From NCBI GenBank assembly GCA_021786385.1, contig JAJYNJ010000097.1, forward strand, positions 18,409 through 82,408: 64,000 nucleotides of DNA. The letters are read 5' to 3'. The DNA comes from Chloroflexota bacterium (GTDB lineage Bacteria > Chloroflexota > Limnocylindria > Limnocylindrales > CSP1-4). The translations under genes were made by a program, and so were the position numbers. Below are positions 1 to 9,545 of this stretch, piece by piece. A model generated the notes under the pieces. The model did not search any database and was not told the DNA's origin. It saw only the letters and a program-made list of their open reading frames with translations. Numbering within the stretch: position 1 is the stretch's first letter; every line of letters starts with the position of its first letter.

Positions 1-1
1 G

Positions 2-937
2 AACGAAGGGTCGCACCGGCTGGGCGCCTACCACGGGTTCCGCCTGCTGCGGCCCTGGCGGAGCTACCAGCCGCCCCGCGAGCCGGTCGAAGACGTGGCC
101 GAGGACGCCGTCGATGCCGAGGCCGTGGCGACCAGCGAAGACGAGCTCGCGGATCTCGCGGAAGATGCTCCCGGCGAGGTGCCGTTCGACGTGGCCGCGC
201 GCGTGGCCGGCGCGCCGATGGAGGTGGCGTCCAGCGCGCCCGAACTGCCCGCCCAAGCACCCGCGGAGGTCAGCGGGCCGGGCCGGCGCCAGCTGCGACG
301 CGCCGGTCTGCTGCTCGACCCGCACGCGTCGTCCGAGGCGTTGGCGCGGTGGTGGGCGCGGGTCGACGCGGACGAGACGTTCGCGCTCGGCGACCGGCTC
401 TACGAGTTCCGCAGCTGGGCGTTCCAGGAGCTGACGATCGAGCGGTTCACGGCGCACGTCCGGTCCGGCGAGGTCCTCGTGCGTGAGGCTGCTGCGGAGG
501 CCCCCGCTGGCATGGAGAGGGTCGCCGCCGTCGAGGCCGGCCGTCCTGCGGGACCGGCCACGCGGCGCGGGGGGCGTCACGCCTCCCGCCCTGTGTGGGG
601 GCTCGCGATCATGCCGCTGGGGCGGGACCTCGCGCCCGGCGAGCGGCCGTGGGCGGCGCTCGTCGCCGGCGACGGGGACGCCGTGCTGCGCCTGGCCGTC
701 GCGGCCCGCCAGGCGCTCGGGCACCCGATCCGCCTGCGCGTGCCCGACGGCGCGCCCCTGGTGGCCGATCGGCTCGAGGCGTTCGTCGCGGCCGGGTTCC
801 CGCCCGCCGACGGGACGCTCCACATCCTCGCGCGACGTCTCGGCCCCGACGACCCGATCGATATGGGGCCGCCCGGGGCTGTGCTCTTGGCGGACCCGCC
901 GCGGCGCGTGGCCGCCCCGCCGATGATGGCTCGCTGA
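2..937 (+). CDS. Hypothetical protein, 5'-truncated by the window edge
   Basis: The frame of ORF 95..937 stays open back to position 2 (NEGSHRLGAYHGFRLLRPWRSY...). It has an acidic Ala/Glu-rich stretch and no family I recognise. Confidence 0.55.
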   Translation, partial: NEGSHRLGAYHGFRLLRPWRSYQPPREPVEDVAEDAVDAEAVATSEDELADLAEDAPGEVPFDVAARVAGAPMEVASSAPELPAQAPAEVSGPGRRQLRRAGLLLDPHASSEALARWWARVDADETFALGDRLYEFRSWAFQELTIERFTAHVRSGEVLVREAAAEAPAGMERVAAVEAGRPAGPATRRGGRHASRPVWGLAIMPLGRDLAPGERPWAALVAGDGDAVLRLAVAARQALGHPIRLRVPDGAPLVADRLEAFVAAGFPPADGTLHILARRLGPDDPIDMGPPGAVLLADPPRRVAAPPMMAR

Positions 938-1058
938 CGGCGGTTGGCGGACCGCAGATCACTGGCGGCAGATTGCGGAGGGCGCGTGGCCCGGATCGCA
1001 CGGCGGCTCATCGTGCGGCGGACGCCGCCCAGACACGCCATCCGGTAAAGTGGCAGCG

Positions 1059-2399
1059 ATGCCGTCGCCTCTCCCCCCTGCCTTGCGCGACGCCGTCGAG
1101 CGCGTCGGACGCGCCGACATCATGGTGGGCATCCCGAGCTTTCGGAACGCGGCCACCATCGGGCACGTGGCGCGCGCCGCCCAGGCCGGCCTCGTACAGT
1201 ACTTCCCCGACCTGCGGCCGGTCCTCGCCAACGCCGACGCCGGCTCGCCCGACGGCACCCAGCGCGTTGTCGTCGAGACCGAGCCGCCCGACTACGTCGA
1301 GCGGATCCTGCTCGTCCGGCCGCGCAACCGGCTCCAGCGCATCAGCCTGACGTACCCCGAAGTCGACGGCGTCGGCGGCAAGGGCGCCGCGCTGCGCACC
1401 CTCTTCGAGATCGCCCGCGCCCTCCAGGTCCAGGCGCTCGTCGTGGTCGACTCGGACCTGCGCTCGATCCTGCCCGAGTGGATCGAGCTGCTCGCCGGCC
1501 CCATCCTGAAGGGCGGCTTCGACTTCGTGGCGCCGCTCTATGCCCGGCACAAGAACGACGGCACGATCACGAATACCGTCACCTACCCGCTGACGCGCGC
1601 GCTCTACGGCCTGCGCATCCGCCAGCCGATCGGCGGCGACTTCGGCGTGAGCGGCGATCTCGTGGACCACTACCTGCAGCAGGACGACTGGACCCCCGAG
1701 GTCAGCCGCTTCGGCGTCGACATCTGGATGACCACCACCGCGATCGCCGGCGGTTTCGCCGTCTGCCAGGCCCGGCTCGGCGCGAAGGTCCACGACCCCA
1801 AGGACCCCGGAGCCGATCTCGGCCCGATGTTCAGCCAGGTCCTCGCCACGATCCTGCGCCTCACCGAGCGCCATGCCGACCGCTGGCTCGGGGTGCGCGG
1901 CTCCCACGACGTCCCCGCCTACGGCTTCGAGCGGATCGTGGAGCCGCCGCCACTCGAGGTCGACCTGTTGCGCCTGCTCGAGGCGTTCCAGCACGGCCGC
2001 CTCGCCCAGGGCGAGCTCTGGGATCGGATGCTCGCACCGGCGACCGCGGCGCTCGTTCGCGAGCTCGCGAGCGACGCCGGTGCCGCGGCCGACCGGGCCG
2101 CCCGTGCCGATGCTCCGCGCCCGCCGGAACCCGGCGCGTTCAGCTTCCCCGACGAGGCCTGGGCCCGTGTCATCTACGACGTCTGCGTCGCCGCGCACCG
2201 CCGCACACTGCCGGTGGAGCGACTCGTGGCAGCGCTCGTCCCGCTCTACTTCGGCCGCGTGGCGAGCCTGCTGCTCGAGGTCCGCGAACTGAACAGCGAG
2301 CAGGCAGAGGCGGCCGTCAAGCGTCAGGCCCGCGCGTTCGAGCTCGTCAAGCCGTACCTGGTCGCGGGCTGGGAGGAAGCAGGGGCCGCGCCGGCATGA
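1059..2399 (+). CDS. Glucosylglycerate synthase (Ggs)-family glycosyltransferase
   Basis: Motifs ADIMVGIPSFRNAATIGHV, VVVDSDLRS, RHKNDGTITN, RQPIGGDFG and FGVDIWMTT match my recollection of Ggs-type enzymes. ATG 1059 chosen because TAAAGT lies 7 nt upstream; the stop overlaps the next ATG (ATGA). Confidence 0.75.
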   Translation: MPSPLPPALRDAVERVGRADIMVGIPSFRNAATIGHVARAAQAGLVQYFPDLRPVLANADAGSPDGTQRVVVETEPPDYVERILLVRPRNRLQRISLTYPEVDGVGGKGAALRTLFEIARALQVQALVVVDSDLRSILPEWIELLAGPILKGGFDFVAPLYARHKNDGTITNTVTYPLTRALYGLRIRQPIGGDFGVSGDLVDHYLQQDDWTPEVSRFGVDIWMTTTAIAGGFAVCQARLGAKVHDPKDPGADLGPMFSQVLATILRLTERHADRWLGVRGSHDVPAYGFERIVEPPPLEVDLLRLLEAFQHGRLAQGELWDRMLAPATAALVRELASDAGAAADRAARADAPRPPEPGAFSFPDEAWARVIYDVCVAAHRRTLPVERLVAALVPLYFGRVASLLLEVRELNSEQAEAAVKRQARAFELVKPYLVAGWEEAGAAPA

Positions 2400-4330
2400 G
2401 CGCCCGACTCCCCGAACGGATCCTGATCCCGCTGGCGAACCCGCGCACGGCTGCGGACCTGGTCCGCATCGGGGCCTCCGTCATGGATCGCAGCGGCTGT
2501 CTCGTGGCGCTCGGCATCGTGGAGATCCCCGAGGGCGTGCCGCTCTCGGAGGGCGCCACCCGGGCGCGGCACGCCCGCCGCCTCCTTCAGCAGGTGCTCG
2601 ACTTCGTGCCGGAGGGCGTGGAACTGCGCACGCTCGTCCGGATCGGCCGGCGCGCCGCCGAGGGGATCCTGGAGACCGCGGCCGAGGAGGACGCGGACCT
2701 GATCGTGTTCGGGTGGAGCGGGACACCCGGCGGCCGCCGGGGTGGCGAGGCCATCTTCACGCCGACCATCGACGCCGTCGTGCGCGACGCCCCCTGCGAC
2801 ATCGCGGTCGTCAAGCAGCGCGGCGTCGAAACGGTGCGGCGGATCCTGGTGCCCGTCCGCGGCGGGCCGCACGCGGAGCTGGCCTTGCGCTTCGCCGATG
2901 CCTTGGGCCGGCGCATGGACGCCGAGGTGGCCGTGCTCCACGTGTTGCCTCCGGACGTCGGGGAGGGCGTCCACGTGGAGGCCGAGCGCGCGCTGCAGGC
3001 CTTCATCCGCCAGCACGCCCGGGGACGCTCGGTGCCGCTCGTGCGCGAGGCGCTCAACGTGCGCAACGCGATCCTGCGCGAGGCGGAGTCGGCCGATCTG
3101 CTCGTGATGGGGGCAGCGGTGCCAGCCGCCGCGACACCACCCGGCGCAGGGGTGGCCGCTGCCGCGCCGGGCACGCGGGGCGGTGGCCTCTTCGGCGCGC
3201 TCCCCGAGCACATCGCCCAAAAGGCCCGCACCACGGTCATCGTGGTCAAGACCCGGGAGGCGCCGAGCCGCGCCGCCTTCGAACGGGCGGCCCAGCAGGC
3301 GGAGACGCTCGAGGCCGTCGACCGCGCGGCCGAGGCGAAGCGCAGCGTCGCCGCGCGTGTCGATCGCTGGTTCGCCGAATCGAACTACCACCACAGCGAG
3401 TTCGCCGACCTGCGCCGCCTGGTCGCGCTGAAGGAGCAGCAGAACGTCACGATCAGCCTGATCCTGCCCACGCTCAACGAGGCCGCCACGGTGGGGCCCA
3501 TCGTGCGCCGCGCGCGCGTCGAGCTGATGGAACAGGTCCCGCTCGTCGACGAGCTGCTCGTGGTCGACTCGGCCTCGACCGACGAGACGCGCACGATCGC
3601 GGCTGCCGAGGGGGCCCGCGTGGTGCAGCACCCCGCCGTACTCCCGGCGTACGGGTCGTACCGCGGCAAGGGCGAGGCACTCTGGAAGAGCCTCTTCGAG
3701 ACCAGCGGCGACCTCATCGTCTGGTGCGACACCGACGTGCAGGACTGGGAGCCGCGCCTAGCCTACGGCACCCTCGGACCGCTGCTGACCGAACCGCGCA
3801 TCGCCTACGTGAAGGGCTACTACCAGCGCCCGATCGTGGAGGGCGGCGTGCTGCGCGAGGGCGGCGGAGGCCGCGTCACCGAACTCGTCGCCCGGCCCTT
3901 GATCAACCTCTTCTTCCCGGAGCTCTCCGGCATGATCCAGCCCCTGGCCGGGGAGTATGCCGGCCGCCGCACGTTACTCGAGACCATTCCGTTCTTCACC
4001 GGCTATGCGGTGGAGATCGGGCACCTCATCGACATCATCGAGCGGGTCGGCCTGGAGGGGCTCGGGCAGGTCGACCTCGAACGGCGGGTCCATCGCAACC
4101 AGGAGCTCGAGGGGCTCTCGCGGATGAGCTTCGTGATCCTGCAGGCTGTCATGAAGCGACTGGAAGAGCGGCATCGGGCGCACCTCTTCGCGGAGCTCGG
4201 CTCGACGATGAAGCTCCCCCGCTCGGGCCGCGATCGGCTCTCGCTCGAGGTGATCGAGCTGGCCGACCAGGAGCGTCCGCCGATGATCCGCATCCCGGAG
4301 TACCTGGAGCGGCGCAGAGGGACAGGGTGA
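2396..4330 (+). CDS. Tandem universal stress protein domains fused to glucosyl-3-phosphoglycerate synthase (GpgS-like)
   Basis: N-terminal USP motifs (RILIPLAN, DLIVFGW, VVRDAPCDIAVV, RRILVPVRGGPHA, DLLVMG). C-terminal GpgS motifs (ILPTLNE, VVDSASTD, GKGEALWKS, DTD, GGRVTELVARP, QPLAGEYAGRR, GYAVE). The start at 2396 overlaps the upstream stop. Confidence 0.85.
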   Translation: MSARLPERILIPLANPRTAADLVRIGASVMDRSGCLVALGIVEIPEGVPLSEGATRARHARRLLQQVLDFVPEGVELRTLVRIGRRAAEGILETAAEEDADLIVFGWSGTPGGRRGGEAIFTPTIDAVVRDAPCDIAVVKQRGVETVRRILVPVRGGPHAELALRFADALGRRMDAEVAVLHVLPPDVGEGVHVEAERALQAFIRQHARGRSVPLVREALNVRNAILREAESADLLVMGAAVPAAATPPGAGVAAAAPGTRGGGLFGALPEHIAQKARTTVIVVKTREAPSRAAFERAAQQAETLEAVDRAAEAKRSVAARVDRWFAESNYHHSEFADLRRLVALKEQQNVTISLILPTLNEAATVGPIVRRARVELMEQVPLVDELLVVDSASTDETRTIAAAEGARVVQHPAVLPAYGSYRGKGEALWKSLFETSGDLIVWCDTDVQDWEPRLAYGTLGPLLTEPRIAYVKGYYQRPIVEGGVLREGGGGRVTELVARPLINLFFPELSGMIQPLAGEYAGRRTLLETIPFFTGYAVEIGHLIDIIERVGLEGLGQVDLERRVHRNQELEGLSRMSFVILQAVMKRLEERHRAHLFAELGSTMKLPRSGRDRLSLEVIELADQERPPMIRIPEYLERRRGTG

Positions 4331-4349
4331 GTCGCGTGGAGGGCGCCGG

Positions 4350-5510
4350 TTGGTGACGTCGCGGGTGCTGGTAGCGCCCGATTCGTTCAAGGGTTCGCTG
4401 ACGAGCCTGCAGGTGACCGACGCGATCGCGACGGGGTGGGCGCGCGTCCGGCCCGCCGACCAGATCGACCGTTGTCCGATCTCCGACGGGGGCGCCGGTC
4501 TGCTCGACGCGCTGCGGGCCGCCGATTCGTCCTGGCAGCCGCTCCCGGTGGCCTCGCGAGACCCGCTCGGACGCCCGATCGGCGCGCGCTTCCTGCGGTC
4601 CGGCGAACGGGCGGTGGTCGAACTGGCGGATGCCTCGGGGCTCGGGCGTGTGGGCCGGGACGAGCGCGACGCGGGCACGGCGAGCACCTTCGGGACGGGG
4701 CTCACGCTCGCCGCCGCGATCGGGCTCGGTGTGCGCGAGGTGATCCTCGGGGTGGGCGGCAGCGCGACCACCGACGGGGGCAGCGGCCTGCTCGCGGCGC
4801 TGGGCGCCCGCTTCCTCGACGCGCAGGGCAACGAGCTGCCGCCGGGAGGCGCGGCGCTCGCCCGGCTCGCCCGCGTCGACCTGGGCGGACTTTCGTCTGT
4901 CCTCGCCGAGGTGCGGCTCACGGTGGCGTCCGACGTCACGAATCCACTGCTCGGGCCGAGCGGCGCGGCCGCCGTCTACGGACCACAGAAGGGCGCATCG
5001 CCGGGGCAGGTGGCGGCGCTGGACGCTGCGCTGGCGCGCTACGCCGACGTGCTCGAGGCGGCCGCGGGGCGCAGCATTCGCGACGTGCCGGGCGCGGGCG
5101 CCGCGGGCGGCACGGTGGCCGGTCTCCTCGCCATCGCGGACCGCTTTGCCGCGTTCGCCGTGCGGTCCGGCGTCGAGGAAGTGATGGGGCTCGTCCGCTT
5201 CGCCGAGCGCCTCGCCGGGTCCACGCTGGTCATCACCGGCGAGGGCCGCGTGGACGCGCAGACGGCGTTCGGCAAGACGGCGTACGGCGTCGCACGGCGG
5301 GCCGCGGAGGCCGGCGTCCCTTGCCTCGCACTGGGCGGCAGCGTCACGCCTGAGGGCGAGGCGGCGCTCGCGGCGCTGGGCGCCATCACGGTCTCCGCCA
5401 GCGAGGGCCCTGGCACGCTGGAGGACGCGATGGCCGCGGGCGCGGCCCCTCTCGAGCGCACGGCGGGGCGCATCGCGCGCCTCGTGACGCTGGGGAGCCG
5501 CCTCGCCTGA
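4350..5510 (+). CDS. glxK: Glycerate kinase (GlxK/GarK family)
   Basis: APDSFKGSL, PISDGGAG, GVGGSATTDGGSG, DVTNPLLG, YGPQKGA, PGAGAAGG, ITGEGRVDAQT motifs. Confidence 0.93.
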   Translation: MVTSRVLVAPDSFKGSLTSLQVTDAIATGWARVRPADQIDRCPISDGGAGLLDALRAADSSWQPLPVASRDPLGRPIGARFLRSGERAVVELADASGLGRVGRDERDAGTASTFGTGLTLAAAIGLGVREVILGVGGSATTDGGSGLLAALGARFLDAQGNELPPGGAALARLARVDLGGLSSVLAEVRLTVASDVTNPLLGPSGAAAVYGPQKGASPGQVAALDAALARYADVLEAAAGRSIRDVPGAGAAGGTVAGLLAIADRFAAFAVRSGVEEVMGLVRFAERLAGSTLVITGEGRVDAQTAFGKTAYGVARRAAEAGVPCLALGGSVTPEGEAALAALGAITVSASEGPGTLEDAMAAGAAPLERTAGRIARLVTLGSRLA

Positions 5511-5524
5511 GCGCACGATCGGCG

Positions 5525-5579
5525 CCGACCCGGAGCGCGGCCGCCACAGCCTGCGGCCGCCGGCTGTGGCGCGGGTCGG
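5525..5579. terminator. GC-rich stem-loop between convergent genes (candidate bidirectional terminator)
   Basis: GCCACAGCC (5543-5551) pairs with GGCTGTGGC (5562-5570); outer CCGACCCG/CGGGTCGG arms. No U-tract. Confidence 0.4.
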
Positions 5580-5646
5580 TCGGGAATCCAGAGGTGCGCC
5601 GGTCTGGGAGGTGCGCCGGTCCGGGGCGCACCGCCCGCCGTGCCCT

Positions 5647-8403
5647 CTACAACCGGAGCTCCGCGCGCACCAGCCCGGCCTCCGGGATCGGCACCAGGCT
5701 GAAGCCGACCTTCTCGGCCACCCGCTGCATCCCGACGTTGTCCGCCTGCATCTCCGCGCAGATCCACTCGAGCTTCTCGGCCCGCGCCACCTGCACGAGG
5801 CGGCGCAGCAGCTCGGTGCCGATGCCGAGACGTTGGCAGTGATCGGCGACCAGGATGGCGAACTCGGCTTGTCCCGCGGCATGGCGCTTGCTGAGCCGCC
5901 CGACCGCCACGATCTGGCGCTCCGCCCCCGGCGGCTGGCACTCTCCTACCAGCGCGATCTCCCGGTCGTAGTCGTTGAAGCAGATCCGCACCAGCCGTTC
6001 GTGCGTGGTGCGTTCGCTCAAGCCCAGGGGCGCGAAGTAGCGCGCATAGACGGTCTGCTCGGAGAGCGTCGCGTGGAACTGCACCATCAGCGGCTCATCT
6101 TCCGGGCGAATCGGACGGATGATCAGCGGCGTGCCATCCTTCGCTGTCCAGTTCGCGACGTACCGGCGCGGGTACGGCCGGATCGCCAGCCGCGGCAGGT
6201 CCGCCTCAGGCGTCGCGGGGTCGTGGAGCACCACGCGCGCGTCGAGGGCGATGAGCCGCTCAGGCGAGGCGAGCAGCGGGTTGATGTCGATCTCCTTGAT
6301 CCAGCGCTGCTCGACCACCAGCTGGCTGAAGCGGACGAGGAGCTGCTCCAGCGCCGCCAGGTCGATCGCCCGGCGCCCGCGCACCCCGCGGAGCGCCGTG
6401 TAGATCTTGGTGCGCTCCATCATCCGTCGGGCGAGCGTGGTGTTGAGCGGGGGGAGGCCGAGCGCCCGGTCCTGGAAGACCTCGACGAGCTGGCCGCCCA
6501 TCCCAAAGAGCAGGACCGGACCGAACTGTGGGTCGATGCTGCTCCCCACGATCAACTCGTACCCGCTGTAGTTGATCATCGGCTGGACCGTGACGCCCTC
6601 GAAGTGTTCTGCGCCGCGCCGCGCCGCAACGGCCTCCTGGATCGCGCCGTACGCCCGCCGAACCGCGTCCGCATCGGCCAGATTCAGTTGCACACCACCG
6701 ACGTCTGTCTTGTGGGTGATCGTGTGCGAGTAGAGCTTGACGACGACCGGGTAGCCAATCTCCCCGGCCGCGGCCACTGCCTCTTCCACACTGCGCGCGA
6801 TGCGCGTCTCGGTGATGGGGATCGCGTACGCGGAGAGAACCTGCTTCGACTCGAACTCGGTGAGGATCGTGCGGCCTTCAGCTCGCGCGGCGTCGATGAC
6901 CCCACTCGCAAGCGTGCGGTCGAGGTCGTGTTCATCGTCGCCCGGCAGCACGGGCGTCTCGTAGAGGGCGCGCAGGTTGTCGCTGTAGCGCCACATGTAG
7001 TTGAACATCTCGACGGCGGTGTCGGGGTACGGGAAGGTGGGGATGCCCGCCTCGCGGAGGATCGCCGCGCCCGGTTCCACGCCCGCCCCTCCCATCCAGC
7101 TCGCCAGCACTGGTTTCCCCTCGGTCTGGGCGAAGGGCCGCAGCTGTTCGGCCGTGCGGGTCGGGTCGGTCATCGCCTGGGGCGTCAGGATCACCAGAAG
7201 CCCGTCGCCTCCGGGATCGGCCGCGGCGATCTTCAGCGCCTCGGCATAGCGCTCGGGGGGGGCGTCGCCGATGATGTCGACGGGGTTGTTGTGGCTCCAG
7301 GGAGCTGGGAGGATCGCGTTGAACGCTTCCATCGTTGCCGGTGAGATCTCGGCCAGCTCCCCGCCCCCGGTGATCAGCGCATCGGTGGCCAGAACGCCCG
7401 GACCGCCCGCATTGGTCACGATCAGGAGCCGACGCCCCTTCGGACGAGGCTGCTTGGCGAGCACCTCCGAGACGTAGAAGAGGTCCTCGATGGCATCCAC
7501 GCGCAGGACGCCCACGCGTCGGAAGGCGGCGGCGAGGACTTCGTCGCTGCCGGTCAACGAGCCCGTGTGCGACGCGGCGGCCTTCGCCGCCTGCGCCGTG
7601 CGGCCGGGCTTGATGACGATGATCGGCTTGGTGAGGGCTACCTCCCGGGCCGCCGAGAGGAAGGCGCGCGCGTCGCCGATCGTCTCCATATAGATGACGA
7701 TGCTCTTGGTGTTGGGGTCGTCGCCCATGTGGTAGATGACGTCGCCCCAGCCCACGTCGAGCATCGAGCCGAGCGAGACAACGCTGCTGAAGCCAACCTT
7801 CTCGCGGATGCTCCAGTCGAGGATTGCGGTGAGCAGCGCGCCGCTCTGGCTGATCAGGCCGACCGAGCCGGGACGCGCTTGCTCCACCGCGAAGGTCGCG
7901 TTCAGGCCGCCGATCGGGTTCATCACGCCCAGGCAGTTGGGACCAACGACCCGGATACCGCCCTTGCGTGCCTCGGCGAGGACCTGCCGTTCGAGCTCCT
8001 CACCGGCGGGCCCCGTCTCCTTGAAGCCGGCGGAGATCACGATCGCACCGCGCACCCCAGCAGCGACGCATTCCGCCATCACGCCGGGGACCGTCTGCGG
8101 GGGCGTGACGATGACCGCAAGGTCGACCGGATCGGGGACGTCGGCCAGGCTCGGGTACGCCTTCAGTCCGAGGATGCTCTTGCGCTTCGGGTTGACCGGG
8201 AAGACCACGCCGCCGAACGGGCTGCTGATCAGGTTCCAGAGCAACGTGCGCCCGACGCTGCCCTCCTTCTCGGTCGCGCCGATCACGGCAACCGAGCGGG
8301 GCGTGAAGATGACGTCAAGTGGGTGGCGCCTGTAGCCCAGGACGTCGGTGGCCCGGTCGGGGATCGCCCCCGCTCGGGGTTCGCTGGTCGTCGCCTCAAC
8401 CAT
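5647..8403 (-). CDS. ADP-forming acyl-CoA synthetase-like / GNAT acetyltransferase fusion (Pat/PatZ-type)
   Basis: CoA-binding domain (VAVIGAT, VGPNCLG, SQSG), SHTGSL, TNAGGPG, NNPVDI, ATP-grasp HKTDVGGV and EIDINPL, and a C-terminal GNAT ([24 protein letters not shown]). AAGGAG lies upstream of ATG 8403. Confidence 0.9.
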   Translation of the reverse strand: MVEATTSEPRAGAIPDRATDVLGYRRHPLDVIFTPRSVAVIGATEKEGSVGRTLLWNLISSPFGGVVFPVNPKRKSILGLKAYPSLADVPDPVDLAVIVTPPQTVPGVMAECVAAGVRGAIVISAGFKETGPAGEELERQVLAEARKGGIRVVGPNCLGVMNPIGGLNATFAVEQARPGSVGLISQSGALLTAILDWSIREKVGFSSVVSLGSMLDVGWGDVIYHMGDDPNTKSIVIYMETIGDARAFLSAAREVALTKPIIVIKPGRTAQAAKAAASHTGSLTGSDEVLAAAFRRVGVLRVDAIEDLFYVSEVLAKQPRPKGRRLLIVTNAGGPGVLATDALITGGGELAEISPATMEAFNAILPAPWSHNNPVDIIGDAPPERYAEALKIAAADPGGDGLLVILTPQAMTDPTRTAEQLRPFAQTEGKPVLASWMGGAGVEPGAAILREAGIPTFPYPDTAVEMFNYMWRYSDNLRALYETPVLPGDDEHDLDRTLASGVIDAARAEGRTILTEFESKQVLSAYAIPITETRIARSVEEAVAAAGEIGYPVVVKLYSHTITHKTDVGGVQLNLADADAVRRAYGAIQEAVAARRGAEHFEGVTVQPMINYSGYELIVGSSIDPQFGPVLLFGMGGQLVEVFQDRALGLPPLNTTLARRMMERTKIYTALRGVRGRRAIDLAALEQLLVRFSQLVVEQRWIKEIDINPLLASPERLIALDARVVLHDPATPEADLPRLAIRPYPRRYVANWTAKDGTPLIIRPIRPEDEPLMVQFHATLSEQTVYARYFAPLGLSERTTHERLVRICFNDYDREIALVGECQPPGAERQIVAVGRLSKRHAAGQAEFAILVADHCQRLGIGTELLRRLVQVARAEKLEWICAEMQADNVGMQRVAEKVGFSLVPIPEAGLVRAELRL

Positions 8404-8576
8404 GACTCGCTCCTTGGACGGACGCAGCATCAATGGAGGACGCGCTGCACCTGCCTGTAGTCAAGGCGTGATGCGGCCACCGCGAAAGGGCCACACGTCC
8501 GCGAAAGAGCGACGAACCGCCCGGTCCCGATGGTGCCACGAGGCGAGAAACGTGTCTCGTGGCCGTCTCGGCCGCC

Positions 8577-8710
8577 GGCGTGGGGCCGCATCTCCTGCGT
8601 GGGGCCGCACCTCAGCCCCCAGGTCGCACCCCCTGCGTGGGGCCGCACCCGCCGGTGTGGGGCTGCACCCCGGGCATCGGGCCGCATCTCCGGGCCCCAG
8701 ACCGCACCCC
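8577..8710. repeat. Imperfect tandem repeat, about 7 units of 19-20 bp (consensus TGCGTGGGGCCGCACCCC-like)
   Basis: The CGCA/TGCA core recurs at 8587, 8606, 8625, 8644, 8664, 8683 and 8703. Confidence 0.75.
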
Positions 8711-8887
8711 GCACAATCGCACGTGAAGTACACAGTCGGGGTGCCGCGTGCACGGTGCACCGTCCAGACAGGCGGGCGCGCCCGGCCGGGCCGCGCGTAG
8801 GTCGCGCTCGACGCTCGGCGTCATGCGGCATCGACTGGCCGCCTGGACCCCGCGAGGACACGGTCACGCGTCACCAGCTCCCCAGCC

Positions 8888-8919
8888 GAGCCGGACGAGC
8901 CGGACGAGCCGGACGAGCC
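8888..8919. repeat. 9-bp tandem repeat (GAGCCGGAC)x3.5
   Basis: Exact copies start at 8888, 8897 and 8906, with a partial copy at 8915. Confidence 0.85.
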
Positions 8920-8962
8920 CCGCAAACCTGCACGAAGACCGCGGCACGTTGACATGACGTGC

Positions 8963-9088
8963 GAAATCCGCTCCGACGCACTCCGTCCAGTTCAGGCGCG
9001 GCCCGCCGGGGTCGCGGGGGCTCATGGCGAGCGGCTTTGAAATCCGCTCCGACGCACCCCCGTCCAGTTCAGGCGCGGCCCGCCGGGG
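8963..9088. repeat. 49/50-bp direct repeat, two copies, 27-bp spacer
   Basis: GAAATCCGCTCCGACGCAC(TCC/CCCC)GTCCAGTTCAGGCGCGGCCCGCCGGGG at 8963-9011 and 9039-9088. Confidence 0.9.
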
Positions 9089-9545
9089 GCACGAGCAACC
9101 CGCCGCGGCAGGAAACCAATGGTCGAGCGGCCACCGCGCCGCGACTGTCCGTCCCGCCGGCCAAACCACGCTCCCCACCAGGCCGCACGCTGGTGAGCCC
9201 CGCGGCCGGCCACTCTCAGGTAGCCTTCGCTCGATGCGCGATCACGACGACGCTGCGCTCGTTCGGTCTACCGGCGACCAGCCCGACCCTTCGGGAAGCT
9301 CCCCGGGCGCGCCGGATCCGGCGCCGTTTCCACGGCCACGTCAAGCCCCGACCCGGCCACCTGTGGCGTCACCTGCGTTCACTCGGCCGACCGACACGCT
9401 TGTGACCCGGCCATCCACGGATATGCGTTCACCCACTCCGCCTGCCGCCGGGCGCCAGCATCGTGGGCCTGCCGCCGCGCTGCGGGGCACTCCGCCTGCG
9501 GTTGCGCTGCCGGCCTCGTCAGCTCGGACCCCTGCTCGACCCGTC

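Noticed and set aside
1478-2395. N-terminal 306 aa of the 950-aa ORF 1478..4330
   Set aside because: Arg/Pro-rich shadow frame overlapping ggs; the real gene starts at the ATGA junction at 2396.
8963-9088. CRISPR array
   Set aside because: Only two units, the repeat (49-50 bp) is longer than the spacer (27 bp), and no cas genes are in the window. Kept only as an unexplained direct repeat.
9024-9545. Long Pro/Ala-rich N-terminal extension of Nth
   Set aside because: It runs through the direct repeat and low-complexity DNA, and homology appears to begin near 9546. It cannot be supported as coding without alignments.
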